Positions 1-10,992 of a stretch of DNA of 24,000 bases are shown here, in pieces. The position numbers and the translations under genes are program-made. The stretch is from Athalassotoga saccharophila (GTDB lineage Bacteria > Thermotogota > Thermotogae > Mesoaciditogales > Mesoaciditogaceae), in the NCBI RefSeq assembly GCF_009936215.1, contig NZ_AP019551.1, forward strand, positions 930,708-954,707. The letters are read 5' to 3'. Each line of letters opens with the position of its first letter. Positions within the stretch are counted from its first letter, which is position 1. The notes beneath the pieces are model-generated. The model saw only the letters and a list, made by a program, of their open reading frames with translations, did not search any database and was not told the origin of the DNA.

Positions 1-1647
1 ATCCGGCTGGTACCCAACGCTTGCGGATATTCCGTATTCGGTCTCGTTGTAATATAGGGTCTGACCATTTTCCAAGACAAAAGGCTGGAGCGTGTTGTAG
101 TATATGCTCGATGTGAAGTTCATAGGTAAATTCAGAGGAAAGATAATCCCGTAAGTCACATTTGCCGTCGGATTCACCCCGAGTGTAACCTGACCGGACA
201 GCGTGTCTCCTATGCCGTTAAGGTTCACGATACTTATATTTCCACTTCCAGTTATTCCACTGTACCATGGCTGGCCCTGTCCGGGCTGGCTTACAGACAG
301 GGAGGCACCTATTTGCCTCGGCTTATCGTTTTCGACAACCTGCACGACTATGTTGACGATCGTCGAATCGGTCGATGGAAGCGTTGGCACTATGGATACG
401 TTTGAGAAGAATTGAGTGTTCCTAAGATTGTTGTAACTTTGAATTAAACTTTGCGTCGTAAGAGGATCTCCCACTTTGAAGGCGAGTTCGCGCTTTATCA
501 AATAAGTCTTGGTTTTTGTGTTACCGGTTATCTCTATCTGGCCTATGTGTCTTTCGATGATTTTGTATTCCAAAAATCCGCCACTCATGCTTTGAAATTT
601 GTGGTATATGACCTCGGCCGAGGTCAGGAGATAACCATGATTTTGGTAATATTCTCTTATCTTTGCAAGTTGATAAAGTTGAAGGAAATTGTTTGTCGTT
701 GAAGGCGCGGTTATGCCAGCGTACCGGGCTAAATTAGATGGATTTACCTCTGTAACGCCGGTAAAGTAATATCCATCAACGGGCATTCCAGATTGGATCA
801 CGTGCGCGAGTTTGGCATTCACGACGAGATCTACGGCCGGAGATTTGAATGAAGAGGCCACATTTGTGGGAGTTGAGAAGTTAAGCGTCGTGTCCATAGA
901 AAAATAACCCATCTGAAAGAGTTTGGCTTGAAAATCCTGAACTGTTGATATTTTAAGGTAAGCATCATTCGGATTTGCAAACAATTTTTGGATTGGGTTC
1001 ATATTTTCATATTCCTTCATCGTGAAAAGACCTGTGGCCTTGATGATATCCTCGGAAGTAAGGGATCCGTAATCACCGGTTAGTTTTAAGTCCCATACGG
1101 CATATTCATTTACCGTTATCTTTAATTTCCCGTCCGGCACTATTATTGAATTTCCGCTTTGAACTATGTTGGTCTGGATACCTATTATGTTGGCAAGGTA
1201 TCCCGCGCTTGTGTAAAGGTTCATTATGTTTTGAAAGGAATTTTTAAGGCTGACGAGATTTAACACTTCACTTGCTTTGACCGTTATGGCATCTTTTATT
1301 TTGTCGATACTCACGAGGTCAGGGCCATTCACACTCACATCTACAGATTTTATGACCGGGTTTTCAACAACGACTATCACAAGACCTGGACCTATCGGTG
1401 AATACTCTATCTTTGGCTCTATGTAAGAGAAATATCCCGTTTCGTAGAGTGATTGGAGCGCTTGATAGAGCGCATTGGTGTTGAGAGGCTGTCCGATCTT
1501 TACGGCGTTGGACAATTTCGAAGTTATTATAGAGGTCGCAAGACTCGTGTTCCCCTCGATCTTCAAAAATGAGATCGTTTGGACTTGAGAGAATGAAACC
1601 ATCGTTATGGAAATAATCAGTACCAGCAAAACAAGATATTTCTTCAT
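1..1647 (-). CDS. bamA: BamA/Omp85-family outer-membrane protein (signal peptide, POTRA repeats, start of beta-barrel); C-terminus lies beyond the window start
   Basis: Absent from the ORF track. Hand translation of the minus strand from ATG 1647..1645 stays open for 549 codons to position 1, with no stop in the window. GGAGG at 1656-1660 lies 8 nt upstream. The N-terminus MKKYLVLLVLIISITMVSFSQ looks like a signal peptide. POTRA-type modules follow (VVVENPVIKSVDVSVNG; IGQIEITGNTKTKTYLIKRELAFKVGDPL), then barrel-like NISIVNLNGIGDTLSGQVTL. Confidence 0.8.
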   Translation of the reverse strand, partial: MKKYLVLLVLIISITMVSFSQVQTISFLKIEGNTSLATSIITSKLSNAVKIGQPLNTNALYQALQSLYETGYFSYIEPKIEYSPIGPGLVIVVVENPVIKSVDVSVNGPDLVSIDKIKDAITVKASEVLNLVSLKNSFQNIMNLYTSAGYLANIIGIQTNIVQSGNSIIVPDGKLKITVNEYAVWDLKLTGDYGSLTSEDIIKATGLFTMKEYENMNPIQKLFANPNDAYLKISTVQDFQAKLFQMGYFSMDTTLNFSTPTNVASSFKSPAVDLVVNAKLAHVIQSGMPVDGYYFTGVTEVNPSNLARYAGITAPSTTNNFLQLYQLAKIREYYQNHGYLLTSAEVIYHKFQSMSGGFLEYKIIERHIGQIEITGNTKTKTYLIKRELAFKVGDPLTTQSLIQSYNNLRNTQFFSNVSIVPTLPSTDSTIVNIVVQVVENDKPRQIGASLSVSQPGQGQPWYSGITGSGNISIVNLNGIGDTLSGQVTLGVNPTANVTYGIIFPLNLPMNFTSSIYYNTLQPFVLENGQTLYYNETEYGISASVGYQPD

Positions 1648-1659
1648 CTTTTGAACCTC

Positions 1660-3288
1660 CTACATTTCTTCCGGCGCGCTGACGCCGATGATCGAAAGTG
1701 TAACTTCGAGGACATTCTTGACCGCAAAGCAAAGTTTAAGACGATCGCGCGAGATCTCTAAGTTTTCGGGATCGACTATTCTGTGATCCGTGTAATAGGC
1801 GTGGAATTTCTCGGAAAGAGAATATGCGTAATTGCACAATTTTTGTGGTTTTTTCTGATCGACCGCATTCAATACAACATCCGAAAATTCGTCTAATTCC
1901 CTTACGAGATCTCTTTCTTCTTTTGATATGCTATTTAGCGACGCATCTTCAAAGGCGATCTTTTTTTCCGTTGCGTTTTTCAAAAGGCTCGATATCCTCG
2001 CGTGGGCATATTGAACGTAATAGACTGGATTATCCATTTTCTTTGATTTTGCAAGTTCAACATCGAAAACAAGCGTTGTGTCGGGATCCATCATGGCAAA
2101 GAAATACCTTGTCGCATCGACACCAACGGCATCTATTAAATCTTCGAGAGTTACGAATTCACCGTGTCTTTTTGACATTCTGACTATTTCCTCGCCGCTT
2201 TTTAGAGTTACAAACTGGTGAAGGATCACGTTGAAAAATCCATCTGGTATGCCGAGAGCCTTCGATGCGGCTTCCATTCTCGGAATATACCCGTGGTGAT
2301 CAGCACCCCATATGTAATAGACCCTGTCAAAACCACGTCTGTACTTGTTAAGCATGTAGGCAATATCGGAAAAGAAGTACGTCGGATCCCCATTTTTTCT
2401 TATTATCACCCTGTCTTCTTCCGAAGGCAGTACTTTCGAGACGGCAAACCAAACAGAACCATCTTTTTCGTAGATGTATCCTCTATTCCTTAAAATCTCG
2501 AGTGCTTCATTCGTAAGGCCCGACGTGTAAAGTGTCTGTTCACTGAAATAACTATCAAATGGTACGTTCAATTTTGAAAGTGTCTTTTTTATCCATTCAA
2601 ATATCTTTGCCGTCGAGTATGACGAAAAGAACGATTGGATCTCATCATTCCATACATTCACATATCTGTCTCCGTATTTTTCGGATATCTCTTTTGCTAT
2701 GTCTATTAAATATGTGGCGACGTAATCGTCCTCTCCAAACTCAAAATGTTTCCCGTAAAGTTCGTTGTACCTTATCCATGTGGAATGACCGAGCATCTTA
2801 ACCTGACGGCCTGCATCGTTGAAGTAATACTCTCTTACCACTTTGTTTCCGACAGCCTCATTGAGCCTTGAGAGAATATCTCCTATTATCGCCTGACGGC
2901 CATGACCGACAGTCAAAGGACCGGTTGGATTCGCGCTCACGAACTCGAATTGAATCTTTTCTGAACTAACCTTTGGAATTTCGACCTTTCTGAAGTACTT
3001 TTCAACAACATTCGCGTAAAGAACTGGCGAGAGTTCGAAATTTATAAATCCCGGTCCGGCAACCTCAACCTTTTTGAAGTCGGGATCCTCTTTGAGAGAT
3101 TCGACAAGTTTCTTCGCTATGGAAAGAGGAGATGTTTTTAGGATCTTCGCGCTTATCATTGCCACATTCGTTGAATAGTCTCCGAAATTCTGAGGTGGTA
3201 TTTCAATCACGAAATCTGGTGGATTTGTATTGAAAATTTCCGAAAATTCCTTTATGATCTTTTCTTTTATAAGATTTTTAAGGTACAA
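1660..3288 (-). CDS. argS: Arginine--tRNA ligase (class I)
   Basis: 542-aa ORF. It has a HIGH-region variant SANPTGPLTVGHGRQ, a KMSKS-like MSKRHGEF, and an ArgS-type N-terminal and anticodon-binding tail. The TTG start follows directly after the uvrA TAA. The TAG stop overlaps the bamA SD. Confidence 0.95.
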   Translation of the reverse strand: MYLKNLIKEKIIKEFSEIFNTNPPDFVIEIPPQNFGDYSTNVAMISAKILKTSPLSIAKKLVESLKEDPDFKKVEVAGPGFINFELSPVLYANVVEKYFRKVEIPKVSSEKIQFEFVSANPTGPLTVGHGRQAIIGDILSRLNEAVGNKVVREYYFNDAGRQVKMLGHSTWIRYNELYGKHFEFGEDDYVATYLIDIAKEISEKYGDRYVNVWNDEIQSFFSSYSTAKIFEWIKKTLSKLNVPFDSYFSEQTLYTSGLTNEALEILRNRGYIYEKDGSVWFAVSKVLPSEEDRVIIRKNGDPTYFFSDIAYMLNKYRRGFDRVYYIWGADHHGYIPRMEAASKALGIPDGFFNVILHQFVTLKSGEEIVRMSKRHGEFVTLEDLIDAVGVDATRYFFAMMDPDTTLVFDVELAKSKKMDNPVYYVQYAHARISSLLKNATEKKIAFEDASLNSISKEERDLVRELDEFSDVVLNAVDQKKPQKLCNYAYSLSEKFHAYYTDHRIVDPENLEISRDRLKLCFAVKNVLEVTLSIIGVSAPEEM

Positions 3289-6063
3289 TTAACATCCCAC
3301 CATTTCTTCATTTAAGATCTGTCTTAAATACATTCCCGTGTAAGATTTAGAAGATTTTGTTATCTCTTCGGGCGTTCCTTGAGCCACTATCTGCCCTCCA
3401 TTTTCTCCGCCATCTGGCCCAAGGTCTATTATGTAATCGGCATTCTTTATGACATCAAGGTTATGTTCAACGACGACGACTGTATTACCCTTATCGACAA
3501 GTTGCTGGAGCACATTGACGAGTTTTTTCACGTCATGAAAATGAAGGCCGGTTGTCGGTTCATCTAAAATGTAGATGGTCTTCCCGGTCGAGATCTTTCT
3601 CAATTCAGAGGAAAGTTTGATTCTTTGGGCCTCTCCTCCCGAAAGTGTCGTCGCAGGCTGACCGAGTCTTATATAGCCAAGTCCAACGTCCTGAAGGGCC
3701 TTTAGAGGTGCCGTTATCTTTGGAATGTCCGAAAAGAATCTCAAGGCTTCATCGACAGACATTTCAAGAATTTCGCTTATATCCTTTCCTTTGTATTTGA
3801 CCTCGAGGGTTTCCTTGTTGTATCTCTTTCCGTTGCACACATCGCACTCGACGTAGACATCTGGCATGAAGTTCATCTCAACCTTTATCACTCCCTGACC
3901 GGCACACGCCTCGCATCTTCCACCTTTTACGTTGAAACTGAATCTGCCGGGGGTGTATCCTCTTATTCTTGCCTCTTCTGTCAGGGAAAAGATCTCCCTT
4001 ATGCCATCAAATGCCTTCGTGTAAGTTGCCGGATTGGATCTTGGGGTGCGACCTATCGGGCTTTGATCCACGAGGATGACCTTGTCTATCTTTTCCATTC
4101 CTTCTATGGATTCGTAAGATCCATGGGGAAGATGTGTCCTGTATATTTTGTTCATTAAAACGGGATACAAAGTCTCCATAACAAGGGAAGATTTTCCAGA
4201 TCCCGAAACGCCCGTTATGCATGTAAAGGTACCAAGCGGAATTGAAAGATCAACGGACTTCAAATTGTTATGGGTTATGCCCTTTAACCTCAAGAACTCA
4301 TTCGAACTTCTTCTCTTCGCTGGAACAGGCACGGTAAGCCTTTTACTGAGATATTTTCCAGTCAGCGTGTCAGACGAAATAAGGCCTTTAACGTCTCCGG
4401 CGTAGAGTATATTTCCTCCATTTTCTCCTGCACCGGGTCCTATGTCTACGGCAAAATCGGCAGATTTTATGACCTGTTCGTCATGCTCTACGACGATAAC
4501 GGTATTGCCGAGTTCTTTGAGATCTTCGAGCATCTTTATAAGCCTGTCTGTGTCTTTTTGGTGGAGTCCTATCGTTGGTTCATCTAAAATGTACAGAACT
4601 CCTACAAGGCGCGACCCTAACTGGGTTGCGAGTTTTATCCTTTGAGATTCTCCACCCGAAAGAGTCGATGCGGCTCTCGAAAGTGTAAGGTAATCAAGTC
4701 CAACATCTATTAAAAACTTAAGTCTTCTTTTTATTTCAATCAAAATCTCTTTTAGAATCGACTCTTCTTTTTGTGAAAGATCGAGATTGTTGAAGAAATC
4801 GTAAGATTCTTTTATGGTCATGTCCGAAATCTCGGCTATATTTTTTCCCCTGAAAGTAACGGCAAGGGCCTCGTCTTTTAGCCTCTTCCCGTGACAAAGA
4901 GAGCATGTCTTTTGAACGAGGAAGTTTTTCTCTATCCATTCCTTTATCTCTTCGGAATCGGAGTACCTATACCTGTCCATGAGATGATCTTTTAAACCTT
5001 TAAATCCGGGACCACCATCGAGAATAGCCTTTCTTACCTTTGGACTCATCTCTTTTATTTTCTTTTCGGGATCTTCACCCATCTGTTTTATCATCTTTTC
5101 GATGATATCTATCACAAAGGCCTTACCACCCTTGTAAGGTATAATTCCACCGTCCCTTATCGTTTTAGACGGATCTATGACGAGATTTTCGTCCACTTCA
5201 AGCGTATATCCTATGCCACCGCAGGCGGGACATGCGCCGTAGGGAGAATTGAATGAGAATAATTTCGGGCTTAATTCCGGAAAACTTATTCCACACACGG
5301 GGCATGCGAGTTTTTCACTGAAGTACTGGATACTTTTGTCTTCGTAGTCCATTATTTCGACCTTACCGTCGGCCTCTTTGAGCGCTATTTCTACCGACTC
5401 CACAAGTCTCTGGTGATTTTCTTTGCTGACTTTTAGCCTGTCAACTATGAGTTTTATGGTGTGTCTGACCTGTTTTTCAACCTTTATCTCTTCTTCGAGA
5501 GAGTAATCATTTCCATCGATGTTGACTCTTAAAAAGCCACGTCTTTTGAGATACTCAAAGAGATTTTTGTACTCTCCCTTCTTTTCGGTGATAAGTGGTG
5601 CGAGGATGATTATCCTTTTCTCGCCTGTATAATCTTTTTCTATTCTTTCGATGATCTCATCTATGCTTTGCTTTTCAAGTGTCCGCCCGCATTTAACGCA
5701 ATGTGGTACTCCAACTCTTGAGAATAAAAGCCTAAGGTAATCATTTATCTCCGTTACAGTTCCAACTGTCGATCTCGGATTGTGTGAGACTGTCTTTTGA
5801 TCTATCGCTATGACGGGCGATAACCCGTCTATTTCGTCAACATCGGGATGTTTTAACTCGCCGAGAAATTGCCTTGCATAATTCGAAAGAGATTCGAGAT
5901 ACCTTCTCTGTCCTTCGGCGTGGAGTGTATCAAAGGCAAGAGAAGATTTGCCAGATCCCGAAGGTCCAGTGAAAACAACAAGGGCATTTCTCGGTATCTC
6001 TACATTCACATTTTTAAGGTTATGAACGCGTGCGCCTTTAATTCTTATGAATTGCTCCAGAAT
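3289..6063 (-). CDS. uvrA: Excinuclease ABC subunit A (UvrA), probable non-canonical ATT/CTG start
   Basis: The track ORF 3289..6009 (GTG) has two Walker A motifs ([18 protein letters not shown]), two ABC signatures ([16 protein letters not shown]) and Zn modules (CPVCG..CPACGG; [17 protein letters not shown]). I extend the 5' end to ATT 6063. Codons 6010-6063 encode the conserved UvrA N-terminus ([14 protein letters not shown]) behind GAGGTG at 6068-6073, and GTG 6009 has no SD. Confidence 0.93.
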   Translation of the reverse strand: MLEQFIRIKGARVHNLKNVNVEIPRNALVVFTGPSGSGKSSLAFDTLHAEGQRRYLESLSNYARQFLGELKHPDVDEIDGLSPVIAIDQKTVSHNPRSTVGTVTEINDYLRLLFSRVGVPHCVKCGRTLEKQSIDEIIERIEKDYTGEKRIIILAPLITEKKGEYKNLFEYLKRRGFLRVNIDGNDYSLEEEIKVEKQVRHTIKLIVDRLKVSKENHQRLVESVEIALKEADGKVEIMDYEDKSIQYFSEKLACPVCGISFPELSPKLFSFNSPYGACPACGGIGYTLEVDENLVIDPSKTIRDGGIIPYKGGKAFVIDIIEKMIKQMGEDPEKKIKEMSPKVRKAILDGGPGFKGLKDHLMDRYRYSDSEEIKEWIEKNFLVQKTCSLCHGKRLKDEALAVTFRGKNIAEISDMTIKESYDFFNNLDLSQKEESILKEILIEIKRRLKFLIDVGLDYLTLSRAASTLSGGESQRIKLATQLGSRLVGVLYILDEPTIGLHQKDTDRLIKMLEDLKELGNTVIVVEHDEQVIKSADFAVDIGPGAGENGGNILYAGDVKGLISSDTLTGKYLSKRLTVPVPAKRRSSNEFLRLKGITHNNLKSVDLSIPLGTFTCITGVSGSGKSSLVMETLYPVLMNKIYRTHLPHGSYESIEGMEKIDKVILVDQSPIGRTPRSNPATYTKAFDGIREIFSLTEEARIRGYTPGRFSFNVKGGRCEACAGQGVIKVEMNFMPDVYVECDVCNGKRYNKETLEVKYKGKDISEILEMSVDEALRFFSDIPKITAPLKALQDVGLGYIRLGQPATTLSGGEAQRIKLSSELRKISTGKTIYILDEPTTGLHFHDVKKLVNVLQQLVDKGNTVVVVEHNLDVIKNADYIIDLGPDGGENGGQIVAQGTPEEITKSSKSYTGMYLRQILNEEMVGC

Positions 6064-7366
6064 CTTTCACCTCTTCTATTATTTCCTTTGCCTCTTTCAT
6101 TATTTCCTCAACTCTCTTTTCATCTTTTCCTTCGACCATGATCCTTATCAAAGGTTCTGTCCCAGAAGGTCTTAAAACGACCCTTACATTTTTCTCTTTT
6201 TTTACCCTGTCCATGAAATCTTTTACCTTTTCATCTTCCATTACGCTCAATTTGTCCCTTACATCGATATTTTGTAGTATCTGATGGTATCTACCTATTT
6301 TGGATACGAATTGTGCCGGATCGACGTTCAACTTTTTTGATGCTCTAAAAGTTTCAAGTGCTGTAACAAGTCCATCTCCCGTGCTTTCGAGATCCAAAAA
6401 GATCACATGACCGGATTGTTCTCCACCCAGACGCGAGTCGGTCTCCAACATCTTCTCGAGAACGTATCTGTCTCCAACTGGCGTCCTTAAAAACTTTATC
6501 CCATTTTTGGATAGGAATTCCTCTATAGAAAGGTTTGTCATGATCGTGCCTATGACTGTATCTCCATTTAGTCTTCCTTCATCTTTCATGCTTAACGCGT
6601 TAAGAACCATTATGTCATCTCCATCGATAATGCGACCATCCCTGCTTACTATCATGCATCTGTCCGCATCGCCATCGTTGACTATGCCGTATCTGGCCGA
6701 CGTTGTCAAGATAGCCTCTTTCATGAAGTCAAGGTAAAGGGCCCCACATTTTTCATTTATATTCATTCCGTCCGGCTTATCGTTGAAAATGAAGGATTTT
6801 ATCCCAATTTCGCGCGCGACAACCGGTACAGTCGATATAGCGGCACCATTTGCGAGATCAAAGGCAAGCGTTTCTCCTCTAAGATCTGCGTATCTTTTGA
6901 CTATCCATTCTATGTATTCGGAGATCATATCGTGGTTGACAATTCTTCCGACTGAATGACCGTATGAAACTTTATCGAGAGATTCTTCGATTTCTTCTTC
7001 GATGCTGTCAGGCAATTTGTAACCATTCGAAAAGATCTTTATGCCGTTGTGCTGCCACGGATTATGGCTGGCGCTGACCATAAAACCAACCGTTTCTTCC
7101 CTTCTTGTGAGCCACGCGAGTGTAGGGGTGGGCATGACACCGCACAATGTAACGTTTAGGCCCATAGACAAAAGACCGGAAGTTAAAGCACTCTCGATCA
7201 TCTCGCCCGAGATGCGTGTGTCTCTCGCTATCAATATTTCTTTGAACTTATGGTTGTGAGAGATCAACACGTGGGAGGCGGCCCTACCTATTTTAAAGGC
7301 CAGTTCGGCAGTCAATTCTTCATTCACTATGCCCCTTACGCCGTCTGTGCCAAAATATTTCTTCAT
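6038..7366 (-). CDS. glmM: Phosphoglucosamine mutase
   Basis: 442 aa. It has the phosphoserine loop [13 protein letters not shown], the metal loop DGDADR and C-terminal [15 protein letters not shown], typical of GlmM-type phosphohexomutases. Its start forms an ATGA overlap with the lysS stop. Confidence 0.93.
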   Translation of the reverse strand: MKKYFGTDGVRGIVNEELTAELAFKIGRAASHVLISHNHKFKEILIARDTRISGEMIESALTSGLLSMGLNVTLCGVMPTPTLAWLTRREETVGFMVSASHNPWQHNGIKIFSNGYKLPDSIEEEIEESLDKVSYGHSVGRIVNHDMISEYIEWIVKRYADLRGETLAFDLANGAAISTVPVVAREIGIKSFIFNDKPDGMNINEKCGALYLDFMKEAILTTSARYGIVNDGDADRCMIVSRDGRIIDGDDIMVLNALSMKDEGRLNGDTVIGTIMTNLSIEEFLSKNGIKFLRTPVGDRYVLEKMLETDSRLGGEQSGHVIFLDLESTGDGLVTALETFRASKKLNVDPAQFVSKIGRYHQILQNIDVRDKLSVMEDEKVKDFMDRVKKEKNVRVVLRPSGTEPLIRIMVEGKDEKRVEEIMKEAKEIIEEVKDSGAIHKN

Positions 7367-8853
7367 TCCTCTATCTCCATTCCACTTTTGTCGAAGTTTT
7401 CAGGCTTTATAAGAGGAAAGGCTATAACATCTTTTATCGTTGCCGCATTCGTCGCAAACATGACGAGTCTATCTATGCCTATTCCAAGACCCCCCGTCGG
7501 TGGCATGCCGTACTCTATGGCCCTCAAGAAATCGAAATCCATCATTTGCGCTTCTTTGTCTCCAGAATTTCTCAAAGCGGCCTGCGCCTCAAACCTTTCC
7601 CTTTGATCGACCGGATCGTTAAGTTCGCTGAACGCGTTTGCAAGTTCATTTCCGAGCACTATGACCTCAAATCTTTCTGTTACACGCGGATCTTCTCTGT
7701 GTCTCTTTGCGAGAGGTGAGATTTCAACTGGATGCTCAAGGAGAAATGTTGGATTCGTTATCGTATCCTCGACAAGGTCCCATAACTTTTCTATGTAATG
7801 GCCTCTTTCCATTATTTCCGGAAGCGCGTCGTGATCTTTAAGAATTTTGATCATCTTGTCATCCGGATCTTCCAATATATCAACACCGAGATGATCTTTT
7901 ATGTAATCTCTCATCTTCACTCGCTTCCACGGTCTTGAGAAATCGACTGGCTTTCCCTGATATTCTATCTTTGTAGTTCCATTGACCTTTTCAATGACGT
8001 AAGAAACAAGGCGTTCTGTCAGATCCATCATGTAATTGTAATCCACGTAAGCGCGGTAACATTCTATCATCGTGAATTCCGGATTGTGTTTGTAATCTAT
8101 GCCTTCATTTCTAAAGCATTTACCTATTTCGTAGACTGCGTCAAATCCACCAACTATGTATCTTTTGAGATACAACTCGTGCGCGATCTTCAAGTACATG
8201 TCTATATCTAAGGCGTTCAAATGCGTTATGAATGGTCTTGCCGTGGCTCCTCCCGTTACAAATTGAAGGATAGGGGTTTCGACCTCTATAAATCCTTCAT
8301 CATTCATGAATTCTCTTATCATTCTTATTATTTCATATCTCGATTTAAATCTGTTGAAAGATTCCCTGTTCACCGTCATATCTACATACCTTTGTCTGTA
8401 GATCTTTTCTTTGTCTGTAAGGCCATGCCATTTTTCGGGAAGAGTCCTTATTGCCTTTGAAAGCAATTGATAATCTGCGGCAAAGACGGTTAATTCACCG
8501 GTATGAGATCTGAATGGAAAGCCTTTTATCCCAACAAAATCCCCAACCTTGATATGATCTTTGAAGAATTCGAACTTGTCCGTCCCCACTGAAACATTCA
8601 GGTATCCCTGAATCTGACCGGTTGAATCTTGCACGACGAAAAAGATCGACTTTCCTTGATATCTTACGGCCATTACGCGCCCAGCAATGGAAAGAGAGGC
8701 ACTCTCGTCCTTTTGACCATTTGTAAGGTTGTTGAATCTTTCTCTTATTTGTGAGATCTTATCCTTTACGTCAAAGGCGTAAGGATAGGGATTTACACCG
8801 AGTTTCCTTATTTCTTCAATTTCTTTTATTTTGTTGGATCTTATCTCGTCCAT
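7363..8853 (-). CDS. lysS: Lysine--tRNA ligase (class II)
   Basis: 496 aa. An N-terminal OB anticodon-binding domain is followed by class-II motifs (FRNEGID, GGLGIGIDRLVM). AAGGAGAG lies upstream of the ATG. Confidence 0.95.
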   Translation of the reverse strand: MDEIRSNKIKEIEEIRKLGVNPYPYAFDVKDKISQIRERFNNLTNGQKDESASLSIAGRVMAVRYQGKSIFFVVQDSTGQIQGYLNVSVGTDKFEFFKDHIKVGDFVGIKGFPFRSHTGELTVFAADYQLLSKAIRTLPEKWHGLTDKEKIYRQRYVDMTVNRESFNRFKSRYEIIRMIREFMNDEGFIEVETPILQFVTGGATARPFITHLNALDIDMYLKIAHELYLKRYIVGGFDAVYEIGKCFRNEGIDYKHNPEFTMIECYRAYVDYNYMMDLTERLVSYVIEKVNGTTKIEYQGKPVDFSRPWKRVKMRDYIKDHLGVDILEDPDDKMIKILKDHDALPEIMERGHYIEKLWDLVEDTITNPTFLLEHPVEISPLAKRHREDPRVTERFEVIVLGNELANAFSELNDPVDQRERFEAQAALRNSGDKEAQMMDFDFLRAIEYGMPPTGGLGIGIDRLVMFATNAATIKDVIAFPLIKPENFDKSGMEIEE

Positions 8854-8873
8854 TCAGATCTCTCCTTATCGAA

Positions 8874-9344
8874 TTATTTCTGCTCTACGTCCAAAATAAG
8901 GTATCTTTTTATACCACTTGGAGCCTTTACACGGATGGTGTCTCCGACTTTTTTCTTGTTTACAGCCTCTCCGAGCGGCGAGTCGATGGAAATTTTATTT
9001 TTGAAGATATCCGCTTCCTGAGCAGTTACGAGCATCATTGTCATTTCTTTGTTTGTGCTCAGGTCTTTTAATTTAACGTAATTTCCTATGTTCACCTCGT
9101 GGGTATTTTTGCTGTTCTCAATTATAACGGCATTTGCAAGAATCTCTTCGATCTCGCTAATTCTGCTGTTGATCTTTCCCTGCTCATTTTTTGCTTCATC
9201 GTATTCGCTATTTTCACTCAAATCTCCGAATTCTCTTGCTTCTTTTATCTTTTTGGCAACTTCATTCATTAACTTTTCTTTTAACTCGGCCAGTTCTTCT
9301 TTCAAAGACTGGTATCCTTCTTTTGTCAACTGAATTTTTGCCAT
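8874..9344 (-). CDS. greA: Transcription elongation factor GreA
   Basis: 156 aa. It has a coiled-coil N-domain with the acidic tip GDLSENSEYDEAK and a C-terminal globular domain. AAAGGAGG lies 6 nt upstream. Confidence 0.93.
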   Translation of the reverse strand: MAKIQLTKEGYQSLKEELAELKEKLMNEVAKKIKEAREFGDLSENSEYDEAKNEQGKINSRISEIEEILANAVIIENSKNTHEVNIGNYVKLKDLSTNKEMTMMLVTAQEADIFKNKISIDSPLGEAVNKKKVGDTIRVKAPSGIKRYLILDVEQK

Positions 9345-9356
9345 AAAAGACCTCCT

Positions 9357-10964
9357 TTATTCAACCGATATAAGGTAATAGTAATAAGGCTGACCACCAT
9401 AGTAAAGTTCTATGTCAACAGACGGATATCGTATCTGACACTCTTTGAAGAAGACATTCGCCTCATCTTCACTTACATCCTTACCGTAAAAGATGGTTAT
9501 CACCTCGGCATTCTCCACTCCAGCCTTTTCAAGGGCAGAGAATATCGCATCATCCATGAGATCGGCAGAGGCCACTATCTTTCCGTCGATCAAACTTATG
9601 TACTGATCTTTTTTTACTTCTAAATTCTTAAACTGGGTATCCCTGACGGCCCGCGTGATCTCTATCGATTTGACAGAGGCTATGGCTTCTTGGAAGTTCT
9701 TTTCATTCTCTAAGACTCCCTGCTGCGAATTGAATGCAAAGAGGGCTGCAAGGCCTTGTTGAATTGTAGCGGTATTGACAACTATTACCTTTTTCCCATT
9801 TGTCATCTCTTTTACAGAATTTGCGGACATTATTATGTTTGGATTGTTTGGAAAAACGAAGACAAATTTTGCATTTATACTGTCGACGGCTTCCTTTATC
9901 TGGGCCGTAGTTGGGTTTGAAGATTGTCCGCCATTTAAAACGACATCTACGCCGAGACTTTTAAAGATGGATTCAAAACCTGGCCCATCCGCTATGACTA
10001 TGATTCCATATTCTTTTGGCTCATTTGAAACTTTGCCTTCTTCTGCGCTTATTATCTGGTGGTGCTGGGTCTTCATGTTGTCTATCTTCGATTTGTAAAG
10101 TTCACCGTATTCAAGCGCCTTGTCTATGGCAACACCGGGAGTATTCGTGTGAACGTGTAATTTGAGAAGTCCAGAAGAGTTGACGAGAATGAGAGAATCG
10201 CCTATCGTGTTGTAGAATTTTCTCAATTCGTCGATGTCAACGTCTTTCGTTGTCTTAACCATTACTTCGGTACAATAAAGGTATTTAAGGTCTTCTTGGG
10301 CTATCTTTACTATTTCTCCAGTCGTGATACTTTCAACATTTAGATCTACCTTCGTTTCTCCATTCAAAACCCTGTAAAATCCCTCCATTATGTAAGAAAA
10401 ACCTTTTGCACCGGCATCCACAACTCCGGCATCGCGAAGTTTCTTCAAATATTTGGGAGTTTCATTTACAACCTCTGTAGATCTCTTCCAAAGTCTTTCC
10501 ATGAACTCGGTCATGTCTTCGGTAATGTACTTGTCTGCTTCTGTCGATAAAATCCTTATGACTGTGAGCATCGTACCTTCAACCGGTTTCATAACGGCAC
10601 TGTAAGAAACCTCTCTTGCACTTTTGAGTGCCTGAGCAAAATCCTCTGCTTTTAATATTTTTTTGCCCTTTGTTCCCTGCCTGAAACCTCTGAAGATTTG
10701 AGAAAGGATTACACCCGAATTTCCCCTTGCCCCAAGCAATGTACCGCTCTCTATTGCCTCGAGCACACTCTGAAGATCCATCTTCCCATCAAGGGCATCC
10801 AAATTCTTACTTGCCTCAAGCATCGCCGAGGCCATATTCGATCCTGTATCTCCGTCTGGAACAGGAAAGACATTCAAGGCATTTAATTCTTCTATGTGAG
10901 AAAGAAGCACTTCGGTGCCTTTTTTAAAACATATAGCCATTATTTTCCCGTCTATTGTTTTCAT
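9357..10964 (-). CDS. DAK2-domain protein of the YloV / fatty-acid kinase FakA family
   Basis: 535 aa. The N-terminal DAK2 domain carries LNVFPVPDGDTGSNM, followed by a YloV-type C-terminal half. It is paired with an upstream Asp23-family gene, as yloU-yloV are in Bacillus. No SD lies near the ATG; an in-frame TAA sits 2 codons upstream. Confidence 0.85.
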   Translation of the reverse strand: MKTIDGKIMAICFKKGTEVLLSHIEELNALNVFPVPDGDTGSNMASAMLEASKNLDALDGKMDLQSVLEAIESGTLLGARGNSGVILSQIFRGFRQGTKGKKILKAEDFAQALKSAREVSYSAVMKPVEGTMLTVIRILSTEADKYITEDMTEFMERLWKRSTEVVNETPKYLKKLRDAGVVDAGAKGFSYIMEGFYRVLNGETKVDLNVESITTGEIVKIAQEDLKYLYCTEVMVKTTKDVDIDELRKFYNTIGDSLILVNSSGLLKLHVHTNTPGVAIDKALEYGELYKSKIDNMKTQHHQIISAEEGKVSNEPKEYGIIVIADGPGFESIFKSLGVDVVLNGGQSSNPTTAQIKEAVDSINAKFVFVFPNNPNIIMSANSVKEMTNGKKVIVVNTATIQQGLAALFAFNSQQGVLENEKNFQEAIASVKSIEITRAVRDTQFKNLEVKKDQYISLIDGKIVASADLMDDAIFSALEKAGVENAEVITIFYGKDVSEDEANVFFKECQIRYPSVDIELYYGGQPYYYYLISVE

Positions 10965-10992
10965 GATAGATTATTCTACGTACGTCCTTTCA

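Noticed and set aside
1364-1732. A 122-aa minus-strand ORF spanning the argS/bamA junction.
   Set aside because: It is out of frame with both real genes, which it overlaps. It has no SD and no recognisable sequence features.
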